Shown here: positions 50,292 through 60,609 of the stretch, piece after piece
How the letters are laid out: each line of letters begins with the position of its first letter
Numbering within the stretch: position 1 is the stretch's first letter
NCBI GenBank assembly: GCA_963668315.1
Contig: OY764216.1
Coordinates: 4,448,001 to 4,512,000 of the forward strand
Origin: Spirochaetia bacterium
Lineage (GTDB): Bacteria > Spirochaetota > Spirochaetia > DSM-2461
DNA: 64,000 bases
Direction: 5' to 3'
Notes under the pieces: generated by a model
Told to the model about the DNA's origin: nothing
What the model saw: only the letters and a program-made list of their open reading frames with translations
Database searches by the model: none
Program-made: the position numbers and the translations under genes

Positions 50292-51458
50292 TCATGCTAT
50301 GAAATCAAAGAATGCCGTTTTCCTCTCTCTGACACAGTGCGCCGCATAGAGGTACATAGACGCCGACCAGGTCTGCCAGTCCTGCCCCCGGGGCGTTCCG
50401 TCCTGCGCCTTGATCCACTCGTTAAAGCCGTATTGAAGCTTCGAATCGGAAGCCTTCTTTATCACCCTTGTCAGCACGGCAAGCTTTTTCTCGGCAAGTT
50501 CATACTCGCCGGCGGCCACTATGGCGGCTATGTGGAATCCGCTGACAAAAGGCCAGATCCCTCCGTTATGATAATCACCCGGCAGATTGAACTCACCGTA
50601 TCTGTCCAGCCAGTCGGGATCGCCGGGAGTCATGTATGGGAAAAAATTCGGGGCCAGCTCTATGGCCAGTTCCCTTCTGCGGACCAGAGCTTCGCACTCC
50701 TTCTCAATCCAGAAAACGATTTCCTTTGCCCTGTCCCTGGCGACAAGGCCGGACAGAATGGCGATGCTGTTCCCCAACAGATCAAAGCGCTCGCTGCTGT
50801 AAATCTTAAATACCCAGAAAGCGAGATAGGGCTTACTCCCCTCCCTGAGCCGTGAGTGAACATGGGTGTGCTTTTTCTCACTCGTAATGTCAAAAAGCTT
50901 AAAGGCTCTGAGCATTCTCTCGGATTTTTCTTTATTGCCGAAGAACCTCAAATAACTGTATGCCAGGGAGTTGACATAGAGCCCATATCCGTTGACCCAT
51001 TGCTCGTCACGCCAGTCTGTTGTGGGGAGCTGGCCTATGAGCTCTTTATCCGTGGGGCTCTGATAGTCCATCCACCCCAGGGCCTTCTCTGCGGCAGCAG
51101 CGAGGAAGTCCGGTTCTCCCGTCGTCTGTCTGTATACCGCCAGGGCAAGGAGAAAGAGAGGAGTGGTGTCGCTGGCTCCCGTATTTTCTTTCTCATGGAC
51201 CAGGGAAGGAATCTGGCCGTGGGGGGACTGATTGTCGGCCAGCCTTGCAAGAACCCTTTCCATTTGGGCCAATAGCATCCCATCGCCGCTGACGGCGATG
51301 CCCAGGAGGGAGATTAACAGATCTCTCGTATAGGGTTCCGGGTAACCCCATCCCGCGGTGCGGGGCAAGCCTTCGAATGGCCCCCTGGCATTGTGCCTGA
51401 GGATTTCCAAAGCCGCCGATTCAGCCTCTTCAATTATCCTTTCGTACGCCTTATCCAT
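50292..51458 (-). CDS. (alpha/alpha)6 glycoside hydrolase, GH100 invertase / amylo-alpha-1,6-glucosidase-like
   Basis: YTRD, GQIP, DTTPLF, DWRD, YHNGGIWP, FNEW and QTWSAS motifs. Confidence 0.8.
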   Translation of the reverse strand: MDKAYERIIEEAESAALEILRHNARGPFEGLPRTAGWGYPEPYTRDLLISLLGIAVSGDGMLLAQMERVLARLADNQSPHGQIPSLVHEKENTGASDTTPLFLLALAVYRQTTGEPDFLAAAAEKALGWMDYQSPTDKELIGQLPTTDWRDEQWVNGYGLYVNSLAYSYLRFFGNKEKSERMLRAFKLFDITSEKKHTHVHSRLREGSKPYLAFWVFKIYSSERFDLLGNSIAILSGLVARDRAKEIVFWIEKECEALVRRRELAIELAPNFFPYMTPGDPDWLDRYGEFNLPGDYHNGGIWPFVSGFHIAAIVAAGEYELAEKKLAVLTRVIKKASDSKLQYGFNEWIKAQDGTPRGQDWQTWSASMYLYAAHCVRERKTAFFDFIA

Positions 51459-51459
51459 A

Positions 51460-52602
51460 TCACACCAACTCCAGTTTTTCCTTTAGGATATCAAGGTATC
51501 TTTGTGCTACGACCAGATAGTCGTACTGCTCAACCACTCTTTTCCTGGCCTCTCTCCCCAGATTATCCCGCAGGGATTTGTTCGTCATCATTTCCTGCAA
51601 ATAGCGGGATATATCATCCACATCGGCTCGGTAATCCACAATCCGGGGAGGATCGAAAACAATCTTGCACTCCTCTGAAAAACCCGATTCGCTTCCCAAT
51701 ATGGTTTCCTTCATGACAATTTCTCTGGCGACTCCGGCCAGCATGGCTGTTTTCCCATGCTCCATGGTATCCCGGGGGCCCATGGCATTAATGCTCAGAA
51801 CGGCTTTGCCGCAGGCGCCGGCTTCGATCTGGGGCATTCCGAATCCCTCCAATCGGGACGGGGCTGCATAGAGATCACAGGCGGAAATAAGGTAGGGAAT
51901 GAAATTCCGGGAAATTATGCTGGTATGAAAGCTTACCCTATCTCCGATGCCCAGTCGCTGCGCCAGCTCTCTGTCCCGGGAATTCTGTCTTTTCGTTCTG
52001 CCCTGAGGCCAGACCTTGCAGACATATCGCCAGGGGGGTACCTTGTTGCCCAGACCGGCAAGAGCCTCCATTATTTCCCTGCCTCCCTTGGAAGCGGCAT
52101 CCCCCCCGATGGTCAGAATTATAAGCTCGTCATCCCCTATCCCCAAACTGCGTCTGATTTCCCGTACCTTCGGATCGCCCATGGCAACGGGATGGAAAAT
52201 CTGGGTTTCGCATCCCACGGGGAGAACCACGATATTATCCTCCCTGACTCCATCCCTAACATACATCTCCTTAACCCAGCGGGAGGTAACAAGAATAAGG
52301 GGAAGCTCGTTCAACACATCCTGGTAATTGGCGATATAGCCGTCCGCCACGAGCCAGGGAATGGAAAGGAGGCCGAATTCTTTAGGATGGAGGATGATAT
52401 CCGGCGTATAGCCCCAGTAACCGACACCGGTAACCACATTGGGCTTGAACCAGCGGAAATACCACTCCTTTTCCAGGGAGGACCGGTAGTGGGCGGCCTG
52501 GACGTCAATCCCCAGTTCACGGAGCCCTCTGAAAAGCATATCCCCCTGCGTTGACAGCCCGCCGGGCATGGGCGGATAATCGTACAGGACCAAAACTTTC
52601 AT
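51460..52602 (-). CDS. GT4 glycosyltransferase
   Basis: DYPPMPGG, SKGG and PSRLEGFGMPQIEAGACG motifs. Confidence 0.9.
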   Translation of the reverse strand: MKVLVLYDYPPMPGGLSTQGDMLFRGLRELGIDVQAAHYRSSLEKEWYFRWFKPNVVTGVGYWGYTPDIILHPKEFGLLSIPWLVADGYIANYQDVLNELPLILVTSRWVKEMYVRDGVREDNIVVLPVGCETQIFHPVAMGDPKVREIRRSLGIGDDELIILTIGGDAASKGGREIMEALAGLGNKVPPWRYVCKVWPQGRTKRQNSRDRELAQRLGIGDRVSFHTSIISRNFIPYLISACDLYAAPSRLEGFGMPQIEAGACGKAVLSINAMGPRDTMEHGKTAMLAGVAREIVMKETILGSESGFSEECKIVFDPPRIVDYRADVDDISRYLQEMMTNKSLRDNLGREARKRVVEQYDYLVVAQRYLDILKEKLELV

Positions 52603-53237
52603 TCTATCCTTGCCTTGTTAAGCCAGCATTCAGCGCTCTTTTTATTTCTCACAGGCCAGAACGCCTCAATGCGGGGGGTTGTCTCCGCTTCGAAACTGTC
52701 CTGCGGAAATCCGTACAGCTCCGTGATAATTCCGTATTTCCCCATCCAGGTTTTCTCCGACAGATTGTGTTGAATCGGGGCATCGGGAATTGCCCCGGGC
52801 AATCCCTTTCCTTTCGAATCATCATAGGCGAACAGACGTAATTCCCGAGCGGACAGCCTGCCCGTCAGCCATTGATTGAGTACTTCCCGGCCGGTCTCTT
52901 CATGCCTGATATGCCTGGTGTATTCTCCCAGAGGACTGTGGGTATAAATTATGCCGTATTTCCTGTGTGGTAATAATTCCCGAAGGGTGCGGGCGATGAC
53001 TTCCCCGGGAAGGGAATTCTGAGAAGGGCCGTCTTCAAGGTCGGCCATCAGACCCGATGCGCCGAGTCTTTTTAAGGCTTTTTTGAATTTCGGAGCTCTG
53101 TCAGGGTCAGAACCTCTGCAGAGACAGAGAATGAAACAGTCTTCGGAACTTCTATCCATTAAAGTACCCCCGACCCAGAGGATCTCATCATCCGGGTGGG
53201 CCACTATAACGGCCATTGGCTTGCTTTTTTTAAACAT
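52599..53237 (-). CDS. PIG-L/LmbE-family deacetylase
   Basis: VAHPDDE and THSPLGEYTRHIRH motifs; ATGA overlap with the GT4 gene. Confidence 0.85.
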   Translation of the reverse strand: MFKKSKPMAVIVAHPDDEILWVGGTLMDRSSEDCFILCLCRGSDPDRAPKFKKALKRLGASGLMADLEDGPSQNSLPGEVIARTLRELLPHRKYGIIYTHSPLGEYTRHIRHEETGREVLNQWLTGRLSARELRLFAYDDSKGKGLPGAIPDAPIQHNLSEKTWMGKYGIITELYGFPQDSFEAETTPRIEAFWPVRNKKSAECWLNKARIE

Positions 53238-53442
53238 TCAGGCCTCATTTATAGATCCGTCATGCTCAATGTCAAGAAATACTAAATTTCAGAATACTAT
53301 TTCTCAATTATAGTCATTTCAAAGGGAAAAGGAAACGTTATTCTCCAAAAAATAAAACTCTGCCCAAGGGATAACGTTTTTAGCATAGAGAGGAACGGCA
53401 AAAAATGACCAATGAATACCAAAGTAAAAAGCTTAACCTATG

Positions 53443-53907
53443 GGTTGTCGTAGCGGCAAGTAGATTCAAGGTATACATCTTTAAATCGCCTTCCCAGATG
53501 GTTTCCAGAGCGCTATCGGCAAAAAGGACTTTCACCTTCTTGTGGTGAAGAAACTGCTTCTCCTTGCTCTCTATCTTATAATCCTTGATGTTATCCAAAG
53601 GATTCCCGGTAATGTATTCCGGCCTCTTCGCCTCGTCCATGATGGTCCTCATGTTGCCTATGATTCCGTTGATGGACTTATTGGACAAAGGCTTCTTGTA
53701 ACGACCTTCGAGCTTCATAAGGTCAGTCCTGAAACTCTGCTCCTGACGTACTGAAATCATGCTGAGCAACATGCTCCCGAAGGTGGGGGATAAGGTGCCG
53801 GTGAAGTTCGCTGCGCTTGCTGTGGGCATAGGCTCTGCTGTACTGATGCCCGCGATTCCTCATCTCCGTGAGGTAGGGGCAGTCATCGTAGTCCCACCAA
53901 TCCCTGG
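53443..53907 (-). pseudogene. Tyrosine integrase fragment: frameshifted and truncated at both ends
   Basis: DWWDYDDCPY..RHLIP, frameshift in a C run near 53785, then TFG..LSNKSIN..NPLDNIK..LNLLAATT; similarity ends just before the catalytic Arg position. Confidence 0.7.
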
Positions 53908-54009
53908 TGTAATTTCTCACATTATCCTGACCAAATCTTTTCACGTCCAGTTAGTCCATTTCTCACACCCAAATAAACATCCCCGCCGTCACCAACAGGG
54001 ATGCTTTTC

Positions 54010-54819
54010 TTAAAGAATCAGTTCTGTAGAAGCCATCCGGACATGCTCCGGAGAGACCGTGTGCTGCTCGTCCATGACAGCCGCCAGCATGGCCGTTTTC
54101 GCAATGAGATTGGCGCGGCGTAATATCCCGCCGGAACTCTGATGTATGGCAAAGGCCGTCTCTGCCGAGAATATATTCTGCTTCAGTCCAGCCAACTCAA
54201 GGTGGTGTTTCAGGTATTCCTCCATCACCTCTTTCTTAATAGCTTCCAGATGGTTTCGCCCCAAGACCCGGGAGGCTAAGGGCCGAGCCGCCGGTGTCAT
54301 CAGATGATCCATGAGCCCCTCCTGACCGCAAAGAATTACCGGCATAACAGGCCTGGAGTCATATTCGAACTGAAGAAGCGTATGAAGTTGTGAGAAAACA
54401 TTGCTCTTGAAGAGATGGGCCTCGTCAATAATAAGAATCGGGGTGACATTGCGGGAGGCGATTTCACTGATCTGGTCCCGAATCAGTTTTACCATAAAGG
54501 CTATCTGATAGGAGGAAAACTCCACTCCGAAAGCCAGAAGAAGATGACGGTATAGTTCCATCAGGCTGTACTGCCCGCCGATCAGGGAGATGATCTGATA
54601 CTCGCTGGTTCTGAACTGATGGGCCATATATCGCAGAGAGGTCGATTTTCCCGATCCCACGTCGCCAGTAATCAGGGAAATGGCTTTCTGTTCTACAGCG
54701 AAGGTTACCCGCTGCTTCAGAGGGGCTAAAGCGGGAAGCGGGTAGAGATCCTTGACGGGAATGTCCTGCAGAAAGGGTTCTTTCTTTAATCCAAAAAAAT
54801 GCCGGATACTTTCCAGCAG
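54010..54819 (-). CDS. ExeA-like AAA ATPase; probable CTG start
   Basis: Frame is open upstream of the tracked GTG: AGAGGGGG then CTG-LESIRHFFGLKKEPF, aligning with MIDIKHFYGLTQEPY of copy 1; GDVGSGKS and IIDEAH. Confidence 0.88.
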   Translation of the reverse strand: MLESIRHFFGLKKEPFLQDIPVKDLYPLPALAPLKQRVTFAVEQKAISLITGDVGSGKSTSLRYMAHQFRTSEYQIISLIGGQYSLMELYRHLLLAFGVEFSSYQIAFMVKLIRDQISEIASRNVTPILIIDEAHLFKSNVFSQLHTLLQFEYDSRPVMPVILCGQEGLMDHLMTPAARPLASRVLGRNHLEAIKKEVMEEYLKHHLELAGLKQNIFSAETAFAIHQSSGGILRRANLIAKTAMLAAVMDEQHTVSPEHVRMASTELIL

Positions 54820-56081
54820 AACCCCCCTCTTGTTTTCTCAAAGAGAGATCCACTTTTGGGTGAGACCGATATCTGTTCCCGGTAGACACGGCTGTTGCTC
54901 TGCTGAGTCAACGTCGAGAGAAATCCCCGGGACTCATTATCCAGGAAGACTTCTATCCGATCATAGTTCTCATATCGGAGAGTCACCTGTAGACCGATCA
55001 GCCCCAGGGGGGCTTCAAAAAGATGGCCGTCCAGTTTGACCGTTCTGTCATTATTCACTTTTCTTACGGCTCTCTTTCGAAAATACCGGGGAAGATTATC
55101 CGGAGCTTTCCTGATGTAACCGGCACCCTTGATATACCGGTTGATCGGTTCCTGCCCTGTACCACCGTGCGTTCTGTTATGATACTGTTCCAGAAAGGTC
55201 ATGAAACGTTCGTTCAGCACCTCCAGGGTAAGTTCCTCCGGAAGTTCCGGCAGAAACTGGGATCGGACCGTACGGAAGAACCGTTCAATCTTCCCTTTTC
55301 CCTGGGGACGATAGGGTTTGGCAAAGGAGAGTCCGATTTCCAGGGAGGAACATCCCAGTTGAAGCTGATGGGCTTTGAAGGAGGGGCCGTTGTCCACATA
55401 GATCTTTCGGGGAAGACCCCGTTTCCGCATCCCCGTCCAGAGACAATCCAGGTAGTTCTCCAGATTCTCCGCCAGATAGAACTGGCCATGGGGGATGAGC
55501 CGTGAATGATCATCTATGATGGCAAAGAGATAGCTTTTTCTGAGGCTGCCCTCATGAAAAACACGGGGACCATGCATACAGTCCGACTGCCACAGATCAT
55601 TGGGCATCTGGACCTCGAACTTTCTCATATCCTCCTTCTTCCGGTTCGCTTTCATTTTGTATTTCTTGAGCAGTCGATAAACTGTCGCCAGGGAAACATC
55701 CGCCTCAGGAGGAAAAGCTCCCTTTATCCTGGCCATCTCTACCAGTCGGGGGACGGATACTTTGGGATATTCCTGTCTGAGGCGGAAAAGCGTATCGATC
55801 GCTTCATTATCCAGGCTTCGGGCACGGCCTCGGTCTCCCCGGTCCTCCGGATAGAGGGCATCGATTTTCCGTCCTGCCTCTTCATAACGGCGCAACCAGC
55901 CAAGTATTGTGGCCTTACTGATGTAGGTTCTATCCGAAAAGGGGATTTCCCATTCCCGGCTGACCAATTCCCGCAAGATCCGGGTTTTCTCTCCCCAATT
56001 TTCCTGCACTCGGCATTCCACCAGGGGGAAAATCACCCCGAAACGGAAGACGGCTATTTTCTCTTTCTTTTCCTGATCCAT
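54786..56081 (-). CDS. DDE transposase (rve core with Mu-like C-terminus)
   Basis: WQSDCMHG, YVDNGPSF and GKGKIERFFRT triad. Confidence 0.93.
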   Translation of the reverse strand: MDQEKKEKIAVFRFGVIFPLVECRVQENWGEKTRILRELVSREWEIPFSDRTYISKATILGWLRRYEEAGRKIDALYPEDRGDRGRARSLDNEAIDTLFRLRQEYPKVSVPRLVEMARIKGAFPPEADVSLATVYRLLKKYKMKANRKKEDMRKFEVQMPNDLWQSDCMHGPRVFHEGSLRKSYLFAIIDDHSRLIPHGQFYLAENLENYLDCLWTGMRKRGLPRKIYVDNGPSFKAHQLQLGCSSLEIGLSFAKPYRPQGKGKIERFFRTVRSQFLPELPEELTLEVLNERFMTFLEQYHNRTHGGTGQEPINRYIKGAGYIRKAPDNLPRYFRKRAVRKVNNDRTVKLDGHLFEAPLGLIGLQVTLRYENYDRIEVFLDNESRGFLSTLTQQSNSRVYREQISVSPKSGSLFEKTRGGFCWKVSGIFLD

Positions 56082-56112
56082 TAACGGCTCCTTACAAAAT
56101 TCTCACTTAAAG

Positions 56113-56610
56113 CTAAATCCGTAAGGGCCGGGTTGTCACCGCAAAAGGCAGGTAGGGACTTTGGGGAAGGTAGGTTATATCATGATAATTCAGACGAAAT
56201 GTCACTTGTTTTTGATTCATGAGCGCCGAAGAAATCTTTGGCCAGTTCTGAGTCCGCTTCCTCTGGAACCAATAGGCCTTCATCCAGTATTGCTGGCATT
56301 GTCGGGATAGGGAGAGGTTATAGTTTTCTCCCCGGAGTTTTTGTTCCAGGCAGGAACGTATGGTTTCCCAGGGATAGTGGAATCCGGGAGAAAACCCTAC
56401 CGGTCTGATCGTATGAACGGCCCCGCAATCGGGGCAGCGGTAGCGTTTTATCCAGAGGGCCAAAGGGAATCCATAGAAATATCGTGGGACAAATCCGTGA
56501 CCCCAGAGGCGTGTCCCCTGGCAGGAGGGACATTGTCCCGGCTTCTTCCAGGGAAATTCTTTACCAAAGGCTTGAAGTTTTTCTAAATTTATCCGAATAA
56601 TAAGTAACAG
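56113..56610 (-). CDS. Zinc-finger transposon protein (DUF6431-like); probable CTG start
   Basis: CPSC..WGHGFVPRY..KRYRCPDCGAVHTIRP; AGGGAG upstream of CTG 56610. Confidence 0.75.
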   Translation of the reverse strand: MLLIIRINLEKLQAFGKEFPWKKPGQCPSCQGTRLWGHGFVPRYFYGFPLALWIKRYRCPDCGAVHTIRPVGFSPGFHYPWETIRSCLEQKLRGENYNLSLSRQCQQYWMKAYWFQRKRTQNWPKISSALMNQKQVTFRLNYHDITYLPQSPYLPFAVTTRPLRI

Positions 56611-56791
56611 ATTTGTCTCCCTTCGCGGGGGGATTTTCAGTAAGGGAGCAAGTGAACATTTGGTCGTGGGCACTGCTCCTTTTTTTATGTTCGGATAAAA
56701 TGAGAAAGGTCTGTTATCTGTTGTAAGAAAATGTTTAACTCAGAGAGAGAAATCCATGGATAGTCGGTTTAGGATAATGTGAGAAATTACA

Positions 56792-57631
56792 GATCTGGTG
56801 GACAATGCAGAGCTGGATTTTCGTTTTGGGAAATACGGTTGATATGGCATCGGGAAACCCTGTCAGTCCATCCACACAGGCAATGAAGATATCCTGAACC
56901 CCCCGATTCTGAAGTTCCGTGAGAACATTCATCCAGAACTTAGCCCCTTCACTCTCGGCTATCCAGAGGCCCAAGAGCTCTTTCATCCCCTCCTGATTGA
57001 TGCCCAGGGCCAGAAAGACGCTCTTGTTGATGACGCGCTTATTCTCACGGACTTTGACAACAATACAATCCATGTAGACGATGGGATAAAGAGCATCCAG
57101 AGGACGATTCTGCCAGGCGATGACCTCTTCCATTACCCCATCGGTAATCTTAGAAATCAGGGTATGAGAAACATCGACATCGTACATTTCCTTGAAGGTA
57201 GCGGCAATATCCCTGGTCGTCATTCCCTTTGCATAGAGGGTAAGGATTTTGCTATCAAGATCTTCGCTGCGTCGTTGATTCTTCTTTACTAATTGGGGAT
57301 TGAAGGAAGACTCCCTATCCCTGGGAATCTCCAGTTCTATTTCAGCATTATCTGTCTTTAAGGTTTTCTGGGTATACCCGTTCCGAGAATTCCCAGAAGG
57401 TCGCTGACCGTTTTTCTTCTCTCCGAGATGTTCTTCCATCTCTATCTCAAGAATACGTTCCATAGCAACTTTGGCCAACATCTTAGTCATCTCTGAAACA
57501 TCCTGTGGTGTTTTCAGATTGCTGGCGAGTTTGTCGGCTAGTTCATTAAATTCATCAGTGTCGTACAAAATAAAAGCTCCTCTCTTTTTATACAAATTTT
57601 TGGAGCTTTACACAATTTTATTTACAGGGTC
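56792..57631 (-). mobile_element. Truncated IS256-family element (one IR plus about two thirds of the transposase)
   Basis: IR GACCCTGTAAATAAAATTGTGTAAA ending at 57631; SRNGY, GMTTRDI, CVDGLTG and QLCIVHQI, then cut by transposon copy 2. Confidence 0.9.
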
Positions 57632-57640
57632 AACAAGTAT

Positions 57641-58480
57641 TTAGCCCTTAAATATATTTTTCTGATGCCAAAATAAAAACTCTTCCTTTGGATGATTTTT
57701 TATATCTAATGGAGTTTGTATCTTTTGTTTCTTATACTTGAATATAAAATCATTAGAACTGACTCCGATCGCAGATATTTTTGTCGATAAATTAATTTCC
57801 AGATGGGAATTAACAGTAAATAACCCAAGATCAAAAGCTTTATGATGTAAAGGACACAATAAAATCCCATTATTAATCGAATCAGGTCCATTGTTAGCGT
57901 GCCATTTTATATGAGCGGCTTCATTAATTACAAAACTGCCATCTATCGCCATATTAAATTGACATACAGCACATTGATGATTATATGCATTACTAACATT
58001 CTGGCGAAAACTTGGATCCCTTTTTTTATAATTCGGGTCTCTATAATGGAGCGAATATAAGCCCGTTTTATCTAATATATCTAAATGTAATGACTCTGGG
58101 AAAAACGAATATAACAAATCATTAATCTCCTCAGCTAATATTGCTTTCTTGGTAATGTGTTTCATTATATTATGGGACCATGATGCAGTACCAAATTCTC
58201 TTAGATCTTTAAGAATTGCATCTCCAGCCGAAGTAACTTTTATCTGATTTTCTTTACCAAAAATTAAAATGCCATCATTTCTCAAACGCCAAAATGGATA
58301 ATGGACATTGGGGGATATTCCAAAAGACTTATAGATATTATTAACGTCATCTTCAATATCTAGAAATGAAAAAGAAAAAACAGTTTTATTTATGGTCTTA
58401 CCAAGTAGATAGAGTAGAAGTAAAGGTTTATGTAAAGCTACTGTATCTCCATTTTTCCAAGTTTTAATGTCTATCAGCAT
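57641..58480 (-). CDS. SBD-HNH endonuclease (phosphorothioate-dependent type IV restriction enzyme-like)
   Basis: N-terminal HKPLLLL..YPFWRLRNDG; C-terminal RDPSFR..CAVC..EAAHIKWH..NGILLCPLHHKAFDLG; very AT-rich. Confidence 0.8.
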   Translation of the reverse strand: MLIDIKTWKNGDTVALHKPLLLLYLLGKTINKTVFSFSFLDIEDDVNNIYKSFGISPNVHYPFWRLRNDGILIFGKENQIKVTSAGDAILKDLREFGTASWSHNIMKHITKKAILAEEINDLLYSFFPESLHLDILDKTGLYSLHYRDPNYKKRDPSFRQNVSNAYNHQCAVCQFNMAIDGSFVINEAAHIKWHANNGPDSINNGILLCPLHHKAFDLGLFTVNSHLEINLSTKISAIGVSSNDFIFKYKKQKIQTPLDIKNHPKEEFLFWHQKNIFKG

Positions 58481-58851
58481 TATAAATCCTTTTGTGTTTC
58501 TCATATAATAACCTGAAACTAGCAAGATTGATATATACCAGTAAATATCAATCAAGAACTATACACTCTCTATATGTACAACTTTTCGAAATTTCACTTA
58601 TTAAAAGACAAAGCCCTTTCAGCGTTCCAGATCTTTCTGTTAGATATTTCTTATTCTCAAGATGTGTACAACGTATAGCAAAACCGATGCCACACACATC
58701 CAGGAACAGTATTTACAAGTCTTTCAGTAACCGCTCTGAATATAATTCTTCTAATTCATCAACTATCATTTATCAAATTATCTGCTTTGAATATATAATA
58801 ATTATAGGATTAGTCTGTTTCATATTCTGCAACGGACATCAGGATTAAAAA

Positions 58852-60609
58852 TCATGGAAGATTGATCCTGTAGTATTTGCAAATCCGATTCCTTGGAGAA
58901 TAGGAGAATCCTGACTCCTCTAATATCCCAATTTCCTTTAACCAAGGGAGAAGAGAGTTATAGTTTTTATTCCACTCTTTTTGTTTGCTTGATGGAAGAG
59001 GATAATAGCCTTTCTTTCGATTGACCGCATAATAAGGATATTTACTGTCTTCCTCATAGAATCGTGCCTTATTCGTGTAGATCGAGTCATGATAAGCTTT
59101 CCAACTGAGTAGGCCAAAGAAATATTTACGAATGCCTTTAGTGCGTTGTTTTACAAAACGTTTCTGCGATTGGATGATAGCCTCAAGGTGTTCTGGGAGT
59201 TCTATGATCTTGGATATCGATCTACTCGAAGAAGTTATACTCGGACCATTTCTATAAAAAGATTGTATTCGTCTCTCAAGGATAGAATAATCTGTTAAGT
59301 CATTGGTGTATTCGAGGGAATTGAGGATATGGTTATGAATACGATCAAGTGAATCTTCAAATGAAAGAAAGGTCCTGTACTTGGGAACAAGCTGACATAG
59401 TATGTCGTTGGTATGACCGTTTTTAAAAGGAAGAAGTTCACTTTCTAATCTTAGAATATTTTCCCAATTTCTCCCTTTCTCTGCATTCTCCATGGAGTGA
59501 TCCTGAGATAGTGGAAATAAAGAAGTTTTCTCCTTTGGTGTATTATGATTGAGACTGACTAAGATCTGTTGATAGGTAGAACCCAAGAGATCTTCTGGAG
59601 AGTAAAGAGGGATTTCTTCCCACTTTATAAGCCCCTCTTTGACAGGCATGAGGGTTCTGGGATTGATTATAGATTGACGGGTGGGAATACGGAGTCCTGT
59701 CGTAGGTGAAGGTTTCATCTCTATTTTTTGATAGTTGAGCTGATATTCCGTGAGTGTCTTGAGATTGAAGTAGTTCATAGGAGAATTAAGGAAATAGTAG
59801 ATATGGATGCCTCTGGGGCTACGACAGACAAGTGATGGTTGCTGATCAAAGTGGCTAATGATTGAATAATAGGCAATTGAGAGCTTCTTTGAAGGATAAT
59901 AGCTAGACCAGCATTCTTCTTCAGAATCATGGAAATCGAGATCAAGGCCAATTGCTGGAGTAATATAAGAAGATTTCCAGCTGAGAGAGGTTCCTTTTTC
60001 GAATGCTGATTGAAGATGCTGTATGTATAGCCTGGCATGCTTTGTAAGCCATTCATTGGAATTGGAACTTTTGAAGAGATAGTCTCTGAGATATGGATTG
60101 AATAAAGTGCAGAGCCAGGCGGCATCGCAATACTTGGTAGATTTAAGAGCTTCCAGGCTGAAGGGCTCTGTCTGTGTAGCAGAGCTAGCAGATGGAGGAG
60201 ATGAAATTGATGGATCTGGTGATTTGATGCTGGTTGAACAGCCAGGTATGGATACTGCCCTACCCTGCTTTGGTAAAGAAGATTTATTTACCTTTTTCAC
60301 GACTTTCCCTCTTCGAGGCTGTTGCCTAGAATGGGGTTTCGTATTTGGTCTATAAGGAAAATCAGGCTCTGCGACGGTATGGTGACTTAATTGGATATCT
60401 AGATCATAAGGTCCTAATCCGCTAGCCTGACTATTCGTCAGGCGATCGAGTAGTTCCTCTAATTTATCAGTTTCAAAAGTATAGTTGACTGGTTTCGGGT
60501 TTATCCCATACGGGTCAACTTGTTCTTCTCTACTTTCAAAGATCTGGGCTTCTTCCTGGCGAATCCGATTGTTTCTACTGGTTCTAACTATTTCTTCTAA
60601 AATGTTCAT
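58852..60609 (-). CDS. Putative primase-polymerase (AEP)-like replication protein
   Basis: IGLDLDFH (DxD), SPRGIHIYY and GLRIP; low-complexity N-terminus; wHTH-like C-terminus. Confidence 0.55.
   Translation of the reverse strand: MNILEEIVRTSRNNRIRQEEAQIFESREEQVDPYGINPKPVNYTFETDKLEELLDRLTNSQASGLGPYDLDIQLSHHTVAEPDFPYRPNTKPHSRQQPRRGKVVKKVNKSSLPKQGRAVSIPGCSTSIKSPDPSISSPPSASSATQTEPFSLEALKSTKYCDAAWLCTLFNPYLRDYLFKSSNSNEWLTKHARLYIQHLQSAFEKGTSLSWKSSYITPAIGLDLDFHDSEEECWSSYYPSKKLSIAYYSIISHFDQQPSLVCRSPRGIHIYYFLNSPMNYFNLKTLTEYQLNYQKIEMKPSPTTGLRIPTRQSIINPRTLMPVKEGLIKWEEIPLYSPEDLLGSTYQQILVSLNHNTPKEKTSLFPLSQDHSMENAEKGRNWENILRLESELLPFKNGHTNDILCQLVPKYRTFLSFEDSLDRIHNHILNSLEYTNDLTDYSILERRIQSFYRNGPSITSSSRSISKIIELPEHLEAIIQSQKRFVKQRTKGIRKYFFGLLSWKAYHDSIYTNKARFYEEDSKYPYYAVNRKKGYYPLPSSKQKEWNKNYNSLLPWLKEIGILEESGFSYSPRNRICKYYRINLP

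Larger units (their letters stand above)
53908..56791 (-). mobile_element. Transposon copy 2 (2884 bp): zinc-finger protein + DDE/Mu-like transposase + ExeA-like ATPase
   Basis: Perfect 21-bp IR TGTAATTTCTCACATTATCCT at both ends; same gene order as copy 1; no TSD. Confidence 0.92.

Noticed and set aside
46509..53237. Capsule/LPS locus, or a complete mycothiol/bacillithiol pathway
   Set aside because: No flippase, polymerase or nucleotide-sugar genes, and no cysteine ligase (MshC/BshC) in the window.
58492..58848. 118-aa plus-strand ORF between the HNH and primase-like genes
   Set aside because: AT-rich, no RBS or motif, and opposite to the local gene orientation.
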